From the NCBI RefSeq assembly GCF_009914755.1, contig NC_060931.1: 64,000 nt of DNA; one strand, 5' to 3'. Origin of the DNA: the human T2T-CHM13v2.0 reference genome, Homo sapiens. The translations under genes were made by a program, and so were the position numbers. The notes beneath the pieces are model-generated. The model saw only the letters and a program-made list of their open reading frames with translations. It had not been told where the DNA came from and made no database searches. This document shows, piece by piece, positions 27,001 to 42,000 of the stretch (its first letter is position 1; each line of letters begins with the position of its first letter).

Positions 27001-30000
27001 TAGACAGAAGAATTCTCAGTAACTTCTTTGTGCTGTGTGTATTCAACTCACAGAGTGGAACGTCCCTTTACACAGAGCAGATTTGAAACACTCTTTTTGT
27101 GGAGTTTCCAAGTGGAGATTTCAAGCGATTTGATGCCAACAGTAGAAAAGGAAATATCTTCAAATAAAAACTAGACAGAATCATTCTCAGAAACTACTTT
27201 GTGATGTGTGCCTTCAACTCACAGAGTTTAACCTTTCTTTTCTTAGAGCAGTTTAGAAACACTCTGCTTGTTATGTCTGCAAGTGGATATTTGGACCTCT
27301 TTGAGGCCTTCGTTGCAAACGGGGTTTCTTCCTTTAATGCTAGACTAAGAAGAGTTCTCAGTAACTTTTTTGTGTTGTGTGTATTCAACTCACAGAGTTG
27401 AACCTTGCTTTAGAGAGAGCAGATTTGAAACACTCTCGCTGTGGAATTTTCAGGTGGAGATTTCAAGCGATTTGAGGACAATTGCAGAAAAGGAAATATC
27501 TTCGTATAATAACCAGACAGAATCATTCTCAGAAAGTGCTTTGTGATGTGTGCGTTCAACTCACAGAGTTTAACCTTTCTTTTCATAGAGGAGTTTGGAA
27601 ACACACTGTTTGTAAAGTCTGCAATTGGATATATGGACCTCTTTGAGGCCTCCTTTGGAAACGGGATTTCTTCATTGAATGCTAGACGGAAGAATTCTCA
27701 GTAAATTCTTTGTGTTGTGTGCATTCAACTCACAGAGTGGAACGTCCCTTTAGACAGAGCAGATTTGAAACACTCTTTTTGCGGAATTTGCAAGTGGAGA
27801 TTTCTAGCCATTTGATGTCAACAGTAGAAAGGGAAATATCTTCAAATAAAAACCAGACAGAATCATTCTCAGAAAATTTTTGTGATGTGTGCGTTCAACT
27901 CACATAGTTTAACCTTTCTTTTCATAGAGCAGTTTGGAAACACTCTGTTTGTAAAGTCTGCAAGTGGATATATGGACCGCATTGAGGCCTTCGTTGGAAA
28001 CGGGATTTCTTCATTTCATGCTAGACAGAAGAATTCTCAGTAACTTCTTTGTGCTGTGTGTATTCAACTCACAGAGTGGAACGTCCCTTTGCACAGAGCA
28101 GATTTGAAACACTCTTTTTGTGGAGTTTGCAAGTGGAGATTTCAAGCGATTTGATGCCAACAGTAGAAAAGGAAGTATCTTCAAATAAAAACTAGACAGA
28201 ATCATTCTCAGAAACTACTTTGTGATGTGTGCCTTCAACTCACAGAGTTTAACCTTTCTTTTCTTAGAGCAGCTTAGAAACACTCTGCTTGTTATGTCTG
28301 CAAGTGGATATTTGGACCTCTTTGAGGCCTTCGTTGCAAACGGGGTTTCTTCCTTTCATGCTAGACTAAGAAGAGTTCTCAGTAACTTTTTTGTGTTGTG
28401 TGTATTCAACTCACAGAGTTGAACCTTGCTTTAGAGAGAGCAGATTTGAAACACTCTTGCTGTGGCATTTTCAGGTGGAGATTTCAAGCGATTTGAGGAC
28501 AATTGCAGAAAAGGAAATATCTTCGTATAATAACCAGACAGAATCATTCTCAGAAAGTGCTTTGTGATGTGTTCGTTCAACTCACAGAGTTTAACCTTTC
28601 TTTTCATAGAGGAGTTTGGAAACACACTGTTTGTAAAGTCTGCAAGTGGATATATGGACCTGTTTGAGGCCTCCGTTGGAAACGGGATTTCTTCATTGAA
28701 TGCTAGACGGAAGAATTCTCAGTAAATTCTTTGTGTTGTGTGCATTCAACTCACAGAGTGGAACGTCCCTTTAGACAGAGCAGATTTGAAACACTCTTTT
28801 TGCGGAATTTGCAAGTGGAGATTTCTAGCCATTTGATGCCAACAGTAGAAAGGGAAATATCTTCAAATAAAAACCAGACAGAATCATTCTCAGAAAATTC
28901 TTTGTGATGTGTGCGTTCAACTCACATAGTTTAACCTTTCTTTTCATAGAGCAGTTTGGAAACACTCTGTTTGTAAAGTCTGCAAGTGGATATATGGACC
29001 GCATTGAGGCCTTCGTTGGAAACGGGATTTCTTCATTTCATGCTAGACAGAAGAATTCTCAGTAACTTCTTTGTGCTGTGTGTATTCAACTCACAGAGTG
29101 GAACGTCCCTTTACACAGAGCAGATTTGAAACACTCTTTTTGTGGAGTTTGCAAGTGGAGATTTCAAGCGATTTGATGCCAACAGTAGAAAATGAAATAT
29201 CTTCAAATAAAAACTAGACAGAATCATTCTCAGAAACTACTTTGTGATGTGTGCCTTCAACTCACAGAGTTTAACCTTTCTTTTCTTAGAGCAGTTTAGA
29301 AACACTCTGCTTGTTATGTCTGCAAGTGGATATTTGGACCTCTTTGAGGCCTTTGTTGCAAACGGGGTTTCTTCCTTTAATGCTAGACTAAGAAGAGTTC
29401 TCAGTAACTTTCTTGTGTTGTGTGTATTCAACTCACAGAGTTGAACCTTGCTTTAGAGAGAGCAGATTTGAAACACTCTCGCTGTGGAATTTTCAGGTGG
29501 AGATTTCAAGCGATTTGAGGACAATTGCAGAAAAGGAAATATCTTCGTATAATAACCAGACAGAATCATTCTCAGAAAGTGCTTTGTGATGTGTGCGTTC
29601 AACTCACAGAGTTTAACCTTTCTTTTCATAGAGGAGCTTGGAAACACACTGTTTGTAAAGTCTGCAATTGGATATATGGACCTGTTTGAGGCCTCCGTTG
29701 GAAACGGGATTTCTTCATTGAATGCTAGACGGAAGAATTCTCAGTAAATTCTTTGTGTTGTGTGCATTCAACTCACAGAGTGGAACGTCCCTTTAGACAG
29801 AGCAGATTTGAAACACTTTTTGGCGGAATTTGCAAGTGGAGATTTCTAGCCATTTGATGCCAACAGTAGAAAGGGAAATATCTTCAAATAAAAACCAGAC
29901 AGAATCATTCTCAGAAAATTCTTTGTGATGTGTGCGTTCAACTCACATAGTTTAACCTTTCTTTTCATAGAGCAGTTTGGAAACACTCTGTTTGTAAAGT

Positions 30001-33000
30001 CTGCAAGTGGATATATGGACCGCATTGAGGCCTTCGTTGGAAACGGGATTTCTTCATTTCATGCTAGACAGAAGAATTCTCAGTAACTTCTTTGTGCTGT
30101 GTGTATTCAACTCACAGAGTGGAACGTCCCTTTACACAGAGCAGATTTGAAACACTCTTTTTGTGGAGTTTGCAAGTGGAGATTTCAAGCGATTTGATGC
30201 CAACAGTAGAAAAGGAAATATCTTCAAATAAAAACTAGACAGAATCATTCTCAGAAACTACTTTGTGATGTGTGCCTTCAACTCACAGAGTTTAACCTTT
30301 CTTTTCTTAGAGCAGCTTAGAAACACTCTGCTTGTTATGTCTGCAAGTGGATATTTGGACCTCTTTGAGGCCTTCGTTGCAAACGGGGTTTCTTCCTTTA
30401 ATGCTAGACTAAGAAGAGTTCTCAGTAACTTTTTTGTGTTGTGTGTATTCAACTCACAGAGTTGAACCTTGCTTTAGAGAGAGCAGATTTGAAACACTCT
30501 CGCTGTGGCATTTTCAGGTGGAGATTTCAAACGATTTGAGGACAATTACAGAAAAGGAAATATCTTCGTATAATAACCAGACAGAATCATTCTCAGAAAG
30601 TGCTTTGTGATGTGTGCGTTCAACTCACAGAGTTTAACCTTTCTTTTCATAGAGGAGTTTGGAAACACACTGTTTGTAAAGTCTGCAATTGGATATATGG
30701 ACCTGTTTGAGGCCTCCGTTGGAAACGGGATTTCTTCATTGAATGCTAGACGGAAGAATTCTCAGTAAATTCTTTGTGTTGTGTGCATTCAACTCACAGA
30801 GTGGAACGTCCCTTTAGACAGAGCAGATTTGAAACACTCTTTTTGCGGAATTTGCAAGTGGAGATTTCTAGCCATTTGATGCCAACAGTAGAAAGGGAAA
30901 TATCTTCAAATAAAAACCAGACAGAATCATTCTCAGAAAATTCTTTGTGATGTGTGCGTTCAACTCACATAGTTTAACCTTTCTTTTCATAGAGCAGTTT
31001 GGAAACACTCTGTTTGTAAAGTCTGCAAGTGGATATATGGACCGCATTGAGGCCTTCGTTGGAAACGGGATTTCTTCATTTCATGCTAGACAGAAGAATT
31101 CTCAGTAACTTCTTTGTGCTGTGTGTATTCAACTCACAGAGTGGAACGTCCCTTTGCACAGAGCAGATTTGAAACACTCTTTTTGTGGAGTTTGCAAGTG
31201 GAGATTTCAAGCGATTTGATGCCAACAGTAGAAAAGGAAGTATCTTCAAATAAAAACTAGACAGAATCATTCTCAGAAACTACTTTGTGATGTGTGCCTT
31301 CAACTCACAGAGTTTAACCTTTCTTTTCTTAGAGCAGCTTAGAAACACTCTGCTTGTTATGTCTGCAAGTGGATATTTGGACCTCTTTGAGGCCTTCGTT
31401 GCAAACGGGGTTTCTTCCTTTCATGCTAGACTAAGAAGAGTTCTCAGTAACTTTTTTGTGTTGTGTGTATTCAACTCACAGAGTTGAAACTTGCTTTAGA
31501 GAGAGCAGATTTGAAACACTCTTGCTGTGGCATTTTCAGGTGGAGATTTCAAGCGATTTGAGGACAATTGCAGAAAAGGAAATATCTTCGTATAATAACC
31601 AGACAGAATCATTCTCAGAAAGTGCTTTGTGATGTGTGCGTTCAACTCACAGAGTTTAACCTTTCTTTTCATAGAGGAGTTTGGAAACACACTGTTTGTA
31701 AAGTCTGCAAGTGGATATATGGACCTGTTTGAGGCCTTCGTTGGAAACGGGATTTCTTCATTGAATGCTAGACGGAAGAATTCTCAGTAAATTCTTTGTG
31801 TTGTGTGCATTCAACTCACAGAGTGGAAGGTCCCTTTAGACAGAGCAGATTTGAAACACTCTTTTTGCGGAATTTGCAAGTGGAGATTTGTAGCCATTTG
31901 ATGCCAACAGTAGAAAGGGAAATATCTTCAAATAAAAACCAGACAGAATCATTCTCAGAAAATTCTTTGTGATGTGTGCGTTCAACTCACATAGTTTAAC
32001 CTTTCTTTTCATAGAGCAGTTTGGAAACACTCTGTTTGTAAAGTCTGCAAGTGGATCTATGGACCGCATTGAGGCCTTCGTTGGAAACGGGATTTCTTCA
32101 TTTCATGCTAGACAGAAGAATTCTCAGTAACTTCTTTGTGCTGTGTGTATTCAACTCACAGAGTGCAACGTCCCTTTACACAGAGCAGATTTGAAACACT
32201 CTTTTTGTGGAGTTTGCAAGTGGAGATTTCAAGCGATTTGATGCCAACAGTAGAAAAGGAAATATCTTCAAATAAAAACTAGACAGAATCATTCTCAGAA
32301 ACTACTTTGTGATGTGTGCCTTCAACTCACAGAGTTTAACCTTTCTTTTCTTAGAGCAGCTTAGAAACACTCTGCTTGTTATGTCTGCAAGTGGATATTT
32401 GGACCTCTTTGAGGCCTTCGTTGCAAACGGGGTTTCTTCCTTTAATGCTAGACTAAGAAGAGTTCTCAGTAACTTTTTTGTGTTGTGTGTATTCAACTCA
32501 CAGAGTTGAACCTTGCTTTAGAGAGAGCAGATTTGAAACACTCTCGCTGTGGCATTTTCAGGTGGAGATTTCAAACGATTTGAGGACAATTGCAGAAAAG
32601 GAAATATCTTCGTATAATAACCAGACAGAATCATTCTCAGAAAGTGCTTTGTGATGTGTGCGTTCAACTCACAGAGTTTAACCTTTCTTTTCATAGAGGA
32701 GTTTGGAAACACACTGTTTGTAAAGTCTGCAATTGGATATATGGACCTGTTTGAGGCCTTCGTTGGAAACGGGATTTCTTCATTGAATGCTAGACGGAAG
32801 AATTCTCAGTAAATTCTTTGTGTTGTGTGCATTCAACTCACAGAGTGGAACGTCCCTTTAGACAGAGCAGATTTGAAACACTCTTTTTGCGGAATTTGCA
32901 AGTGGAGATTTCTAGCCATTTGATGCCAACAGTAGAAAGGGAAATATCTTCAAATAAAAACCAGACAGAATCATTCTCAGAAAATTCTTTGTGATGTGTG

Positions 33001-36000
33001 CGTTCAACTCACATAGTTTAACCTTTCTTTTCATAGAGCAGTTTGGAAACACTCTGTTTGTAAAGTCTGCAAGTGGATATATGGACCGCATTGAGGCCTT
33101 CGTTGGAAACGGGATTTCTTCATTTCATGCTAGACAGAAGAATTCTCAGTAACTTCTTTGTGCTGTGTGTATTCAACTCACAGAGTGGAACGTCCCTTTG
33201 CACAGAGCAGATTTGAAACACTCTTTTTGTGGAGTTTGCAAGTGGAGATTTCAAGCGATTTGATGCCAACAGTAGAAAAGGAAGTATCTTCAAATAAAAA
33301 CTAGACAGAATCATTCTCAGAAACTACTTTGTGATGTGTGCCTTCAACTCACAGAGTTTAACCTTTCTTTTCTTAGAGCAGCTTAGAAACACTCTGCTTG
33401 TTATGTCTGCAAGTGGATATTTGGACCTCTTTGAGGCCTTCGTTGCAAACGGGGTTTCTTCCTTTCATGCTAGACTAAGAAGAGTTCTCAGTAACTTTTT
33501 TGTGTTGTGTGTATTCAACTCACAGAGTTGAACCTTGCTTTAGAGAGAGCAGATTTGAAACACTCTTGCTGTGGCATTTTCAGGTGGAGATTTCAAGCGA
33601 TTTGAGGACAATTGCAGAAAAGGAAATATCTTCGTATAATAACCAGACAGAATCATTCTCAGAAAGTGCTTTGTGATGTGTGCGTTCAACTCACAGAGTT
33701 TAACCTTTCTTTTCATAGAGGAGTTTGGAAACACACTGTTTGTAAAGTCTGCAAGTGGATATATGGACCTGTTTGAGGCCTTCGTTGGAAACGGGATTTC
33801 TTCATTGAATGCTAGACGGAAGAATTCTCAGTAAATTCTTTGTGTTGTGTGCATTCAACTCACAGAGTGGAAGGTCCCTTTAGACAGAGCAGATTTGAAA
33901 CACTCTTTTTGCGGAATTTGCAAGTGGAGATTTCTAGCCATTTGATGCCAACAGTAGAAAGGGAAATATCTTCAAATAAAAACCAGACAGAATCATTCTC
34001 AGAAAATTCTTTGTGATGTGTGCGTTCAACTCACATAGTTTAACCTTTCTTTTCATAGAGCAGTTTGGAAACACTCTGTTTGTAAAGTCTGCAAGTGGAT
34101 CTATGGACCGCATTGAGGCCTTCGTTGGAAACGGGATTTCTTCATTTCATGCTAGACAGAAGAATTCTCAGTAACTTCTTTGTGCTGTGTGTATTCAACT
34201 CACAGAGTGCAACGTCCCTTTACACAGAGCAGATTTGAAACACTCTTTTTGTGGAGTTTGCAAGTGGAGATTTCAAGCGATTTGATGCCAACAGTAGAAA
34301 AGGAAATATCTTCAAATAAAAACTAGACAGAATCATTCTCAGAAACTACTTTGTGATGTGTGCCTTCAACTCACAGAGTTTAACCTTTCTTTTCTTAGAG
34401 CAGCTTAGAAACACTCTGCTTGTTATGTCTGCAAGTGGATATTTGGACCTCTTTGAGGCCTTCGTTGCAAACGGGGTTTCTTCCTTTAATGCTAGACTAA
34501 GAAGAGTTCTCAGTAACTTTTTTGTGTTGTGTGTATTCAACTCACAGAGTTGAACCTTGCTTTAGAGAGAGCAGATTTGAAACACTCTCGCTGTGGCATT
34601 TTCAGGTGGAGATTTCAAACGATTTGAGGACAATTACAGAAAAGGAAATATCTTCGTATAATAACCAGACAGAATCATTCTCAGAAAGTGCTTTGTGATG
34701 TGTGCGTTCAACTCACAGAGTTTAACCTTTCTTTTCATAGAGGAGTTTGGAAACACACTGTTTGTAAAGTCTGCAATTGGATATATGGACCTGTTTGAGG
34801 CCTTCGTTGGAAACGGGATTTTATCATATAATGCTAGACGGAAGAATTCTCAGTAAATTCTTTGTGTTGTGTGCATTCAACTCACAGAGTGGAACGTCCC
34901 TTTAGACAGAGCAGATTTGAAACACTCTTTTTGCGGAATTTGCAAGTGGAGATTTCTAGCCATTTGATGCCAACAGTAGAAAGGGAAATATCTTCAAATA
35001 AAAACCAGACAGAATCATTCTCAGAAAATTCTTTGTGATGTGTGCGTTCAACTCACATAGTTTAACCTTTCTTTTCATAGAGCAGTTTGGAAACACTCTG
35101 TTTGTAAAGTCTGCAAGTGGATATATGGACCGCATTGAGGCCTTCGTTGGAAACGGGATTTCTTCATTTCATGCTAGACAGAAGAATTCTCAGTAACTTC
35201 TTTGTGCTGTGTGTATTCAACTCACAGAGTGGAACGTCCCTTTGCACAGAGCAGATTTGAAACACTCTTTTTGTGGAGTTTGCAAGTGGAGATTTCAAGC
35301 GATTTGATGCCAACAGTAGAAAAGGAAGTATCTTCAAATAAAAACTAGACAGAATCATTCTCAGAAACTACTTTGTGATGTGTGCCTTCAACTCACAGAG
35401 TTTAACCTTTCTTTTCTTAGAGCAGCTTAGAAACACTCTGCTTGTTATGTCTGCAAGTGGATATTTGGACCTCTTTGAGGCCTTCGTTGCAAACGGGGTT
35501 TCTTCCTTTAATGCTAGACTAAGAAGAGTTCTCAGTAACTTTTTTGTGTTGTGTGTATTCAACTCACAGAGTTGAACCTTGCTTTAGAGAGAGCAGATTT
35601 GAAACACTCTTGCTGTGGCATTTTCAGGTGGAGATTTCAAGCGATTTGAGGACAATTGCAGAAACGGAAATATCTTCGTATAATAACCAGACAGAATCAT
35701 TCTCAGAAAGTGCTTTGTGATGTGTGCGTTCAACTCACAGAGTTTAACCTTTCTTTTCATAGAGGAGTTTGGAAACACACTGTTTGTAAAGTCTGCAATT
35801 GGATATATGGACCTGTTTGAGGCCTCCGTTGGAAACGGGATTTCTTCATTGAATGCTAGACGGAAGAATTCTCAGTAAATTCTTTGTGTTGTGTGCATTC
35901 AACTCACAGAGTGGAACGTCCCTTTAGACAGAGCAGATTTGAAACACTCTTTTTGCGGAATTTGCAAGTGGAGATTTCTAGCCATTTGATGCCAACAGTA

Positions 36001-39000
36001 GAAAGGGAAATATCTTCAAATAAAAACCAGACAGAATCATTCTCAGAAAATTCTTTGTGATGTGTGCATTCAACTCACATAGTTTAACCTTTCTTTTCAT
36101 AGAGCAGTTTGGAAACACTCTGTTTGTAAAGTCTGCAAGTGGATATATGGACCGCATTGAGGCCTTCGTTGGAAACGGGATTTCTTCATTTCATGCTAGA
36201 CAGAAGAATTCTCAGTAACTTCTTTGTGCTGTGTGTATTCAACTCACAGAGTGGAACGTCCCTTTGCACAGAGCAGATTTGAAACACTCTTTTTGTGGAG
36301 TTTGCAAGTGGAGATTTCAAGCGATTTGATGCCAACAGTAGAAAAGGAAGTATCTTCAAATAAAAACTAGACAGAATCATTCTCAGAAACTACTTTGTGA
36401 TGTGTGCCTTCAACTCACAGAGTTTAACCTTTCTTTTCTTAGAGCAGCTTAGAAACACTCTGCTTGTTATGTCTGCAAGTGGATATTTGGACCTCTTTGA
36501 GGCCTTCGTTGCAAACGGGGTTTCTTCCTTTCATGCTAGACTAAGAAGAGTTCTCAGTAACTTTTTTGTGTTGTGTGTATTCAACTCACAGAGTTGAACC
36601 TTGCTTTAGAGAGAGCAGATTTGAAACACTCTTGCTGTGGCATTTTCAGGTGGAGATTTCAAGCGATTTGAGGACAATTGCAGAAAAGGAAATATCTTCG
36701 TATAATAACCAGACAGAATCATTCTCAGAAAGTGCTTTGTGATGTGTGCGTTCAACTCACAGAGTTTAACCTTTCTTTTCATAGAGGAGTTTGGAAACAC
36801 ACTGTTTGTAAAGTCTGCAAGTGGATATATGGACCTGTTTGAGGCCTTCGTTGGAAACGGGATTTCTTCATTGAATGCTAGACGGAAGAATTCTCAGTAA
36901 ATTCTTTGTGTTGTGTGCATTCAACTCACAGAGTGGAAGGTCCCTTTAGACAGAGCAGATTTGAAACACTCTTTTTGCGGAATTTGCAAGTGGAGATTTC
37001 TAGCCATTTGATGCCAACAGTAGAAAGGGAAATATCTTCAAATAAAAACCAGACAGAATCATTCTCAGAAAATTCTTTGTGATGTGTGCGTTCAACTCAC
37101 ATAGTTTAACCTTTCTTTTCATAGAGCAGTTTGGAAACACTCTGTTTGTAAAGTCTGCAAGTGGATCTATGGACCGCATTGAGGCCTTCGTTGGAAACGG
37201 GATTTCTTCATTTCATGCTAGACAGAAGAATTCTCAGTAACTTCTTTGTGCTGTGTGTATTCAACTCACAGAGTGCAACGTCCCTTTACACAGAGCAGAT
37301 TTGAAACACTCTTTTTGTGGAGTTTGCAAGTGGAGATTTCAAGCGATTTGATGCCAACAGTAGAAAAGGAAATATCTTCAAATAAAAACTAGACAGAATC
37401 ATTCTCAGAAACTACTTTGTGATGTGTGCCTTCAACTCACAGAGTTTAACCTTTCTTTTCTTAGAGCAGCTTAGAAACACTCTGCTTGTTATGTCTGCAA
37501 GTGGATATTTGGACCTCTTTGAGGCCTTCGTTGCAAACGGGGTTTCTTCCTTTAATGCTAGACTAAGAAGAGTTCTCAGTAACTTTTTTGTGTTGTGTGT
37601 ATTCAACTCACAGAGTTGAACCTTGCTTTAGAGAGAGCAGATTTGAAACACTCTCGCTGTGGCATTTTCAGGTGGAGATTTCAAACGATTTGAGGACAAT
37701 TGCAGAAAAGGAAATATCTTCGTATAATAACCAGACAGAATCATTCTCAGAAAGTGCTTTGTGATGTGTGCGTTCAACTCACAGAGTTTAACCTTTCTTT
37801 TCATAGAGGAGTTTGGAAACACACTGTTTGTAAAGTCTGCAATTGGATATATGGACCTGTTTGAGGCCTTCGTTGGAAACGGGATTTCTTCATTGAATGC
37901 TAGACGGAAGAATTCTCAGTAAATTCTTTGTGTTGTGTGCATTCAACTCACAGAGTGGAACGTCCCTTTAGACAGAGCAGATTTGAAACACTCTTTTTGC
38001 GGAATTTGCAAGTGGAGATTTCTAGCCATTTGATGCCAACAGTAGAAAGGGAAATATCTTCAAATAAAAACCAGACAGAATCATTCTCAGAAAATTCTTT
38101 GTGATGTGTGCGTTCAACTCACATAGTTTAACCTTTCTTTTCATAGAGCAGTTTGGAAACACTCTGTTTGTAAAGTCTGCAAGTGGATATATGGACCGCA
38201 TTGAGGCCTTCGTTGGAAACGGGATTTCTTCATTTCATGCTAGACAGAAGAATTCTCAGTAACTTCTTTGTGCTGTGTGTATTCAACTCACAGAGTGGAA
38301 CGTCCCTTTGCACAGAGCAGATTTGAAACACTCTTTTTGTGGAGTTTGCAAGTGGAGATTTCAAGCGATTTGATGCCAACAGTAGAAAAGGAAGTATCTT
38401 CAAATAAAAACTAGACAGAATCATTCTCAGAAACTACTTTGTGATGTGTGCCTTCAACTCACAGAGTTTAACCTTTCTTTTCTTAGAGCAGCTTAGAAAC
38501 ACTCTGCTTGTTATGTCTGCAAGTGGATATTTGGACCTCTTTGAGGCCTTCGTTGCAAACGGGGTTTCTTCCTTTCATGCTAGACTAAGAAGAGTTCTCA
38601 GTAACTTTTTTGTGTTGTGTGTATTCAACTCACAGAGTTGAACCTTGCTTTAGAGAGAGCAGATTTGAAACACTCTTGCTGTGGCATTTTCAGGTGGAGA
38701 TTTCAAGCGATTTGAGGACAATTGCAGAAAAGGAAATATCTTCGTATAATAACCAGACAGAATCATTCTCAGAAAGTGCTTTGTGATGTGTGCGTTCAAC
38801 TCACAGAGTTTAACCTTTCTTTTCATAGAGGAGTTTGGAAACACACTGTTTGTAAAGTCTGCAAGTGGATATATGGACCTGTTTGAGGCCTTCGTTGGAA
38901 ACGGGATTTCTTCATTGAATGCTAGACGGAAGAATTCTCAGTAAATTCTTTGTGTTGTGTGCATTCAACTCACAGAGTGGAAGGTCCCTTTAGACAGAGC

Positions 39001-42000
39001 AGATTTGAAACACTCTTTTTGCGGAATTTGCAAGTGGAGATTTCTAGCCATTTGATGCCAACAGTAGAAAGGGAAATATCTTCAAATAAAAACCAGACAG
39101 AATCATTCTCAGAAAATTCTTTGTGATGTGTGCGTTCAACTCACATAGTTTAACCTTTCTTTTCATAGAGCAGTTTGGAAACACTCTGTTTGTAAAGTCT
39201 GCAAGTGGATATATGGACCGCATTGAGGCCTTCGTTGGAAACGGGATTTCTTCATTTCATGCTAGACAGAAGAATTCTCAGTAACTTCTTTGTGCTGTGT
39301 GTATTCAACTCACAGAGTGGAACGTCCCTTTGCACAGAGCAGATTTGAAACACTCTTTTTGTGGAGTTTGCAAGTGGAGATTTCAAGCGATTTGATGCCA
39401 ACAGTAGAAAAGGAAGTATCTTCAAATAAAAACTAGACAGAATCATTCTCAGAAACTACTTTGTGATGTGTGCCTTCAACTCACAGAGTTTAACCTTTCT
39501 TTTCTTAGAGCAGCTTAGAAACACTCTGCTTGTTATGTCTGCAAGTGGATATTTGGACCTCTTTGAGGCCTTCGTTGCAAACGGGGTTTCTTCCTTTAAT
39601 GCTAGACTAAGAAGAGTTCTCAGTAACTTTTTTGTGTTGTGTGTATTCAACTCACAGAGTTGAACCTTGCTTTAGAGAGAGCAGATTTGAAACACTCTTG
39701 CTGTGGCATTTTCAGGTGGAGATTTCAAGCGATTTGAGGACAATTGCAGAAACGGAAATATCTTCGTATAATAACCAGACAGAATCATTCTCAGAAAGTG
39801 CTTTGTGATGTGTGCGTTCAACTCACAGAGTTTAACCTTTCTTTTCATAGAGGAGTTTGGAAACACACTGTTTGTAAAGTCTGCAATTGGATATATGGAC
39901 CTGTTTGAGGCCTCCGTTGGAAACGGGATTTCTTCATTGAATGCTAGACGGAAGAATTCTCAGTAAATTCTTTGTGTTGTGTGCATTCAACTCACAGAGT
40001 GGAACGTCCCTTTAGACAGAGCAGATTTGAAACACTCTTTTTGCGGAATTTGCAAGTGGAGATTTCTAGCCATTTGATGCCAACAGTAGAAAGGGAAATA
40101 TCTTCAAATAAAAACCAGACAGAATCATTCTCAGAAAATTCTTTGTGATGTGTGCGTTCAACTCACATAGTTTAACCTTTCTTTTCATAGAGCAGTTTGG
40201 AAACACTCTGTTTGTAAAGTCTGCAAGTGGATATATGGACCGCATTGAGGCCTTCGTTGGAAACGGGATTTCTTCATTTCATGCTAGACAGAAGAATTCT
40301 CAGTAACTTCTTTGTGCTGTGTGTATTCAACTCACAGAGTGGAACGTCCCTTTGCACAGAGCAGATTTGAAACACTCTTTTTGTGGAGTTTGCAAGTGGA
40401 GATTTCAAGCGATTTGATGCCAACAGTAGAAAAGGAAGTATCTTCAAATAAAAACTAGACAGAATCATTCTCAGAAACTACTTTGTGATGTGTGCCTTCA
40501 ACTCACAGAGTTTAACCTTTCTTTTCTTAGAGCAGCTTAGAAACACTCTGCTTGTTATGTCTGCAAGTGGATATTTGGACCTCTTTGAGGCCTTCGTTGC
40601 AAACGGGGTTTCTTCCTTTCATGCTAGACTAAGAAGAGTTCTCAGTAACTTTTTTGTGTTGTGTGTATTCAACTCACAGGGTTGAACCTTGCTTTAGAGA
40701 GAGCAGATTTGAAACACTCTTGCTGTGGCATTTTCAGGTGGAGATTTCAAGCGATTTGAGGACAATTGCAGAAAAGGAAATATCTTCGTATAATAACCAG
40801 ACAGAATCATTCTCAGAAAGTGCTTTGTGATGTGTGCGTTCAACTCACAGAGTTTAACCTTTCTTTTCATAGAGGAGTTTGGAAACACACTGTTTGTAAA
40901 GTCTGCAATTGGATATATGGACCTGTTTGAGGCCTTCGTTGGAAACGGGATTTCTTCATTGAATGCTAGACGGAAGGATTCTCAGTAAATTCTTTGTGTT
41001 GTGTGCATTCAACTCACAGAGTGGAACGTCCCTTTAGACAGACCAGATTTGAAACACTCTTTTTGCGGAATTTGCAAGTGGAGATTTCTAGCCATTTGAT
41101 GCCAACAGTAGAAAGGGAAATATCTTCAAATAAAAACCAGACAGAATCATTCTCAGAAAATTCCTTGTGATGTGTGCGTTCAACTCACATAGTTTAACCT
41201 TTCTTTTCATAGAGCAGTTTGGAAACACTCTGTTTGTAAAGTCTGCAAGTGGATATATGGACCGCATTGAGGCCTTCGTTGGAAACGGGATTTCTTCATT
41301 TCATACTAGACAGAAGAATTCTCAGTAACTTCTTTGTGCTGTGTGTATTCAACTCACAGAGTGGAACGTCCCTTTGCACAGAGCAGATTTGAAACACTCT
41401 TTTTGTGGAGTTTGCAAGTGGAGATTTCAAGCGATTTGATGCCAACAGTAGAAAAGGAAATATCTTCAAATAAAAACTAGACAGAATCATTCTCAGAAAC
41501 TACTTTGTGATGTGTGCCTTTAACTCACAGAGTTTAACCTTTCTTTTCTTAGAGCAGTTTAGAAACACTCTGCTTGTTATGTCTGCAAGTGGATATTTGG
41601 ACCTCTTTGAGGCCTTCGTTGCAAACGGGGTTTCTTCCTTTAATGCTAGACTAAGAAGAGTTCTCAGTAACTTTTTTGTGTTGTGTGTATTCAACTCACA
41701 GAGTTGAACCTTGCTTTAGAGAGAGCAGATTTGAAACACTCTTGCTGTGGCATTTTCAGGTGGAGATTTCAAGCGATTTGAGGACAATTGCAGAAACGGA
41801 AATATCTTCGTATAATAACCAGACAGAATCATTCTCAGAAAGTGCTTTGTGATGTGTGCGTTCAACTCACAGAGTTTAACCTTTCTTTTCATAGAGGAGT
41901 TTGGAAACACACTGTTTGTAAAGTCTGCAATTGGATATATGGACCTGTTTGAGGCCTCCGTTGGAAACGGGATTTCTTCATTGAATGCTAGACGGAAGAA

